Of a stretch of DNA of 20,000 bases, positions 17,291-20,000 are shown piece after piece. The stretch lies in IMG/VR virus record IMGVR_UViG_3300042270_000151, positions 112,192 to 132,191 of that record. One strand, written 5' to 3'. The translations under genes and the position numbers were made by a program. The notes under the pieces are model-generated. The model ran no database searches. It was not told the DNA's origin and worked only from the letters and a program-made list of their open reading frames with translations. Each line of letters begins with the position of its first letter. Within the stretch, counting starts at the first letter, position 1. The stretch comes from an uncultured virus (IMG/VR IMGVR_UViG_3300042270_000151) (lineage: Duplodnaviria; Heunggongvirae; Uroviricota; Caudoviricetes).

Positions 17291-17630
17291 AGAGATTGAT
17301 GCAATACAGCTAAGGCTCAAGTCTACGATGTACGTGCAGCGTAGTGTCTTTGAAGCCGTCGCTTGGCCAGAGTCCTCTACTGGGGTAGCCATTTATCGGG
17401 ATAAGGTGTTTGAGTACCTTCGCATGTTGACTGTAGACTACCCTCACTTTAACTCTGTGCCTTCAGTCGAGGCCTTACCAGAGCCCTATATAGGGGTAGT
17501 AGAGCACTATACCCCTATGGAGTTATGGGGATTAATGACAGAGGAGTATGGACGACTACAGGTTCAGGCATTGCATCTATCGGATATAGAGCACTATAAA
17601 GCCTACATGGATATCCCCTTACCCCTATAG
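17277..17630 (+). CDS. Hypothetical protein (117 aa)
   Basis: GGAG RBS; overlaps the HNH stop; ends inside a terminator hairpin. Confidence 0.7.
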   Translation: MLPYEEIDAIQLRLKSTMYVQRSVFEAVAWPESSTGVAIYRDKVFEYLRMLTVDYPHFNSVPSVEALPEPYIGVVEHYTPMELWGLMTEEYGRLQVQALHLSDIEHYKAYMDIPLPL

Positions 17631-17650
17631 TGGGGTAAGGGCTTTTATGT
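17616..17650 (+). terminator. Intrinsic terminator
   Basis: CCCTTACCCC-TATAGT-GGGGTAAGGG followed by CTTTTATGTT. Confidence 0.8.
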
Positions 17651-17706
17651 TGTATTTTCATTATGAGTAAATTTTCACACAACTGTGGTATAATGTACTA
17701 AAAAGT

Positions 17707-17784
17707 ACCCCTACCCCGCAGCCTAGCTGTGGAGTGAATGAACGTAGTGAATGAACGGAACAGATAGAGCGAGGAGGGAGGGGT
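17707..17784 (+). other. Long imperfect hairpin with tandem G.A pairs and a C-GTA-G triloop (structured ssDNA or ncRNA element)
   Basis: GTGAATGAAC-GTA-GTGAATGAAC self-pairs through GA/AG tandems. Flanked by GGA/GGA, CTGT/ACAG, CTA/TAG and ACCCCT/AGGGGT. Confidence 0.6.
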
Positions 17785-18035
17785 TTCCTTATTTCTAGTA
17801 GGGGTGTACTACTACCCTATACTAAGACTAATGTACTAAGAGAGTACTACTACTATAGAGTACACTAGTAATAGAGTCTATCCGTATACTACCCATACCC
17901 TCTACTACTACCATACTAATAGGTATACTGGTATAGCCTTATATCCCCATGAGAGGGATATAGGGAGATTATACTGTAATTACACTAGAGACCACTACCG
18001 CACTAACACTCTACCCCATTGAAGGGGTAGGGGAT
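17785..18035. repeat. Non-coding low-complexity TAC/TAG-rich tract with two further hairpins
   Basis: Many TACTA/TAGAG/TACCC words. Hairpins at 17937-17965 (CCTTATATCCC/GGGATATAGGG) and 18011-18030 (CTACCCC/GGGGTAG). No ORF in the track. Confidence 0.65.
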
Positions 18036-18061
18036 ATATGTCGTTTTCATAAAGACTGTAG

Positions 18062-18073
18062 ACCTATATTACC
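18062..18073 (+). promoter_or_regulatory. Candidate early phage promoter ACCTATATTACC
   Basis: Identical to 2140-2151 and at the same distance from the ATG: 45 nt from motif start in both cases. Confidence 0.72.
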
Positions 18074-18106
18074 TTAGGGACTATACCCAACTCTAAGGAG
18101 AGCACC

Positions 18107-18664
18107 ATGTCTAATGTAGACGATTTTAGCATTGCAGCGGTTACACTACCCTATCGCAAAGAAGGTAAGGTGGTCGAGTGTGATAGTTACACCGAGATGA
18201 CGACTATAACACACTCGGGTAAGACGGTTATGTGGAATAAGGGACTTTATATCCCTACAGTAGAGTCCACCTACTGCATTGTAAGTACAGCGAAGTGGAA
18301 GGGGTATTACTATTGTGAAGATAGATCGATTAATAAGGGTGTGCTGGAGTGTATCCTTGAAAACCTGGGTGTTTTCAGTGCATGCCCTGAGACACTGGTA
18401 ACCGCAGTGGGCGATTATGAGTTATCGGTAAATACGGCAGATGAACTGGCATTGCTCACTCAGGTGGGAGTGGTGCCTACGTTTGAGAATGACAGTGAAA
18501 TGAATCCCGAGCTATTACACTGTAGCTTAAAGGACGGGGTTTGGAGTACACGGGAAGGGCCAGTAACGTTTCCACTTACGTTAATTCTGTCTAGGGACGA
18601 CGTTAAGGGTGTAGTGGAATACCTTCGCCTGCGTAAACAACAGCATGTGCAATCTAAGGGGTAA
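18107..18664 (+). CDS. Hypothetical protein (185 aa), probably early
   Basis: AAGGAG RBS; downstream of the TATATTAC motif. Confidence 0.8.
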   Translation: MSNVDDFSIAAVTLPYRKEGKVVECDSYTEMTTITHSGKTVMWNKGLYIPTVESTYCIVSTAKWKGYYYCEDRSINKGVLECILENLGVFSACPETLVTAVGDYELSVNTADELALLTQVGVVPTFENDSEMNPELLHCSLKDGVWSTREGPVTFPLTLILSRDDVKGVVEYLRLRKQQHVQSKG

Positions 18665-18669
18665 AGGTT

Positions 18670-18948
18670 ATGAAATATACGTATTCCTGTCGAGCAGAGT
18701 GTAGCGCTGATGTAGAAAAGCTTCGCAGTGCATTGGAATCTAAGCGCAGTGACTACGGCGATTTTGAAATGCGGGTAGTGCCGGATTCTCGTTTACCGGA
18801 CGTAGTGGTAGAATTTACGACGACTGCGCGTCTGGATCAGCTGGATGCACTTATTAGGGAAATTGCAGATGGACACGTCATGTTGCAAACGCTGCGGCTG
18901 TGTGCTTTAGCGGATGACCCGCTGGAGCGGGATTACGATAAGGTTTAA
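18670..18948 (+). CDS. Hypothetical protein (92 aa)
   Basis: 5-nt gap after the previous stop; AAGGGG/AAGG RBS-like sequence. Confidence 0.8.
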   Translation: MKYTYSCRAECSADVEKLRSALESKRSDYGDFEMRVVPDSRLPDVVVEFTTTARLDQLDALIREIADGHVMLQTLRLCALADDPLERDYDKV

Positions 18949-18997
18949 ATGAGCATTCGCTATATAGAGTACACCAATGCCCTAAGGAGGGTACACT

Positions 18998-20000
18998 ATG
19001 TATATTCGTGATATTATTGCATATTTTGATTCATTAGACAGTGAGTCACGGAAGACAGAGCTTGAGATTCTCAATCGGCTGTATGGGTTTAACCGTACCG
19101 ATGGCCCCACCCACGCTGCGACTACTTGGACTATTGCAACGGATGCCGCATTTAACCAGATTACCTATAGCGGTGGGGAAGCGGCACTGAATAAAACCAT
19201 GCCGACAGAGGACAGTGAGTATTATGGCCGTACCGCGTATAGCCCGGAGAACAATGGTACTGCTTCAATGGGGGAATACCAAGGGCCCTATAGACGTACC
19301 GATGGACACTTGTACTACGTCCATGCGCATACGGGCATGGTAGTAGCTGCAGATACGTTGGAGCAATGTTACCTCGATCCGCGCTATAAAGAGCAATATT
19401 TAGATCCTCGGACGGGACAACGTCTACCCGCAGAGCAGTATACTGCCCCGGCCAATATGCCGCCCGTTGAACCGTTACCGAAGGCATGTGAGCCCTCCAT
19501 GTCGAAGGTACCCTGCATCGTCTTGGTGGTCGCTGATACTGGCGAGTTGGTACAGCTGTCTACAGATGCATCTGAAGAGTTTCTAATTTGGAAATCTAAA
19601 CAGGGGCGCTATGGATGGAGCGTGTGCCTGGAAGGGGTGGGTCTGCTACATCCCTATCAGGTGCACTATGTGCCTGATAATTATCGTCCCCTGGCATTGC
19701 AGATAAACAATAACACCGAATCCAGTCGGATTGTCATGGTCCATCCCTCGATTACTACGACCTTACCCGAAGGAAAGGATACGTCCCTAGGATATCCTGG
19801 CATTATCGAAATCTCTCGCCATGGATATAGACAAGGCGAGATAGCGGCGTATAACACCTACGTATATCCGTATGGACCTGAGTCCACCTCGGAGGCTGGT
19901 GCAGTCGCATATACCCGTGTCCTGGAACGACTCGCTCGTCTCTATGATGGGGACATTGAGCGCGACCGTATACTTGAAAAGGAGGTAGAAGACTTCAGTT
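18998..20000 (+). CDS. 3'-truncated hypothetical protein (>334 aa), absent from the ORF track
   Basis: AAGGAGG RBS and ATG at 18998. Hand translation (MYIRDIIAYFDSLDSESRK...) shows no stop before the window end. Contains EQCYLDPRYKEQYLDPRTGQ. Confidence 0.85.
   Translation, partial: MYIRDIIAYFDSLDSESRKTELEILNRLYGFNRTDGPTHAATTWTIATDAAFNQITYSGGEAALNKTMPTEDSEYYGRTAYSPENNGTASMGEYQGPYRRTDGHLYYVHAHTGMVVAADTLEQCYLDPRYKEQYLDPRTGQRLPAEQYTAPANMPPVEPLPKACEPSMSKVPCIVLVVADTGELVQLSTDASEEFLIWKSKQGRYGWSVCLEGVGLLHPYQVHYVPDNYRPLALQINNNTESSRIVMVHPSITTTLPEGKDTSLGYPGIIEISRHGYRQGEIAAYNTYVYPYGPESTSEAGAVAYTRVLERLARLYDGDIERDRILEKEVEDFS

Noticed and set aside
17686..17694. TGGTATAAT as a firm host sigma70 promoter
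   Set aside because: There is no matching -35, the context is AT-rich, and this phage group transcribes with its own RNAPs. Mentioned only as a possibility.
17734..17756. Direct repeat GTGAATGAAC as a CRISPR or iteron array
   Set aside because: Only two 10-nt copies 3 nt apart and no spacers; a G.A hairpin explains it better.
19161..19487. 108-aa minus-strand ORF from the track
   Set aside because: It is antisense to the long + strand ORF from 18998, which has a strong AAGGAGG RBS.
1..20000. tRNA/rRNA genes, alternative genetic code, reverse-transcriptase or DGR elements
   Set aside because: No cloverleaf, rRNA or RT motifs were seen. Genes are full length under the standard code and all three stop codons are used.

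Overview
This window is a core-genome segment of a phiKZ-like jumbo phage, probably a nucleus-forming Chimalliviridae relative. Family assignments come from motif recognition and recalled phiKZ gene order, not from database searches. Left to right: (1) the 3' end of a gene at the phiKZ gp69 (PicA/Imp1) position; (2) a gp70-position protein with a Pro/Gln/Tyr tail; (3) two subunits of the split non-virion RNA polymerase (beta C-half, beta' C-part); (4) an SF2 helicase with a class 3 mini-intein in its Walker A motif; (5) a three-gene operon: catalytically dead ClpP paralog, intact ClpP, dNMP-kinase-like protein; (6) a minus-strand operon whose last two ORFs could be joined by a -1 frameshift at U7; (7) a virion RNAP beta' piece (gp80-like); (8) a large free-standing HNH endonuclease with three HNH modules; (9) about 470 bp of non-coding, hairpin-rich DNA containing a tandem G.A hairpin; (10) a hypothetical-gene cluster behind an ACCTATATTACC early-type promoter. 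The most promising leads are the ClpP/pseudo-ClpP pair, the candidate frameshift, the G.A hairpin region and a YLDPRTGQ peptide shared by two unrelated proteins.
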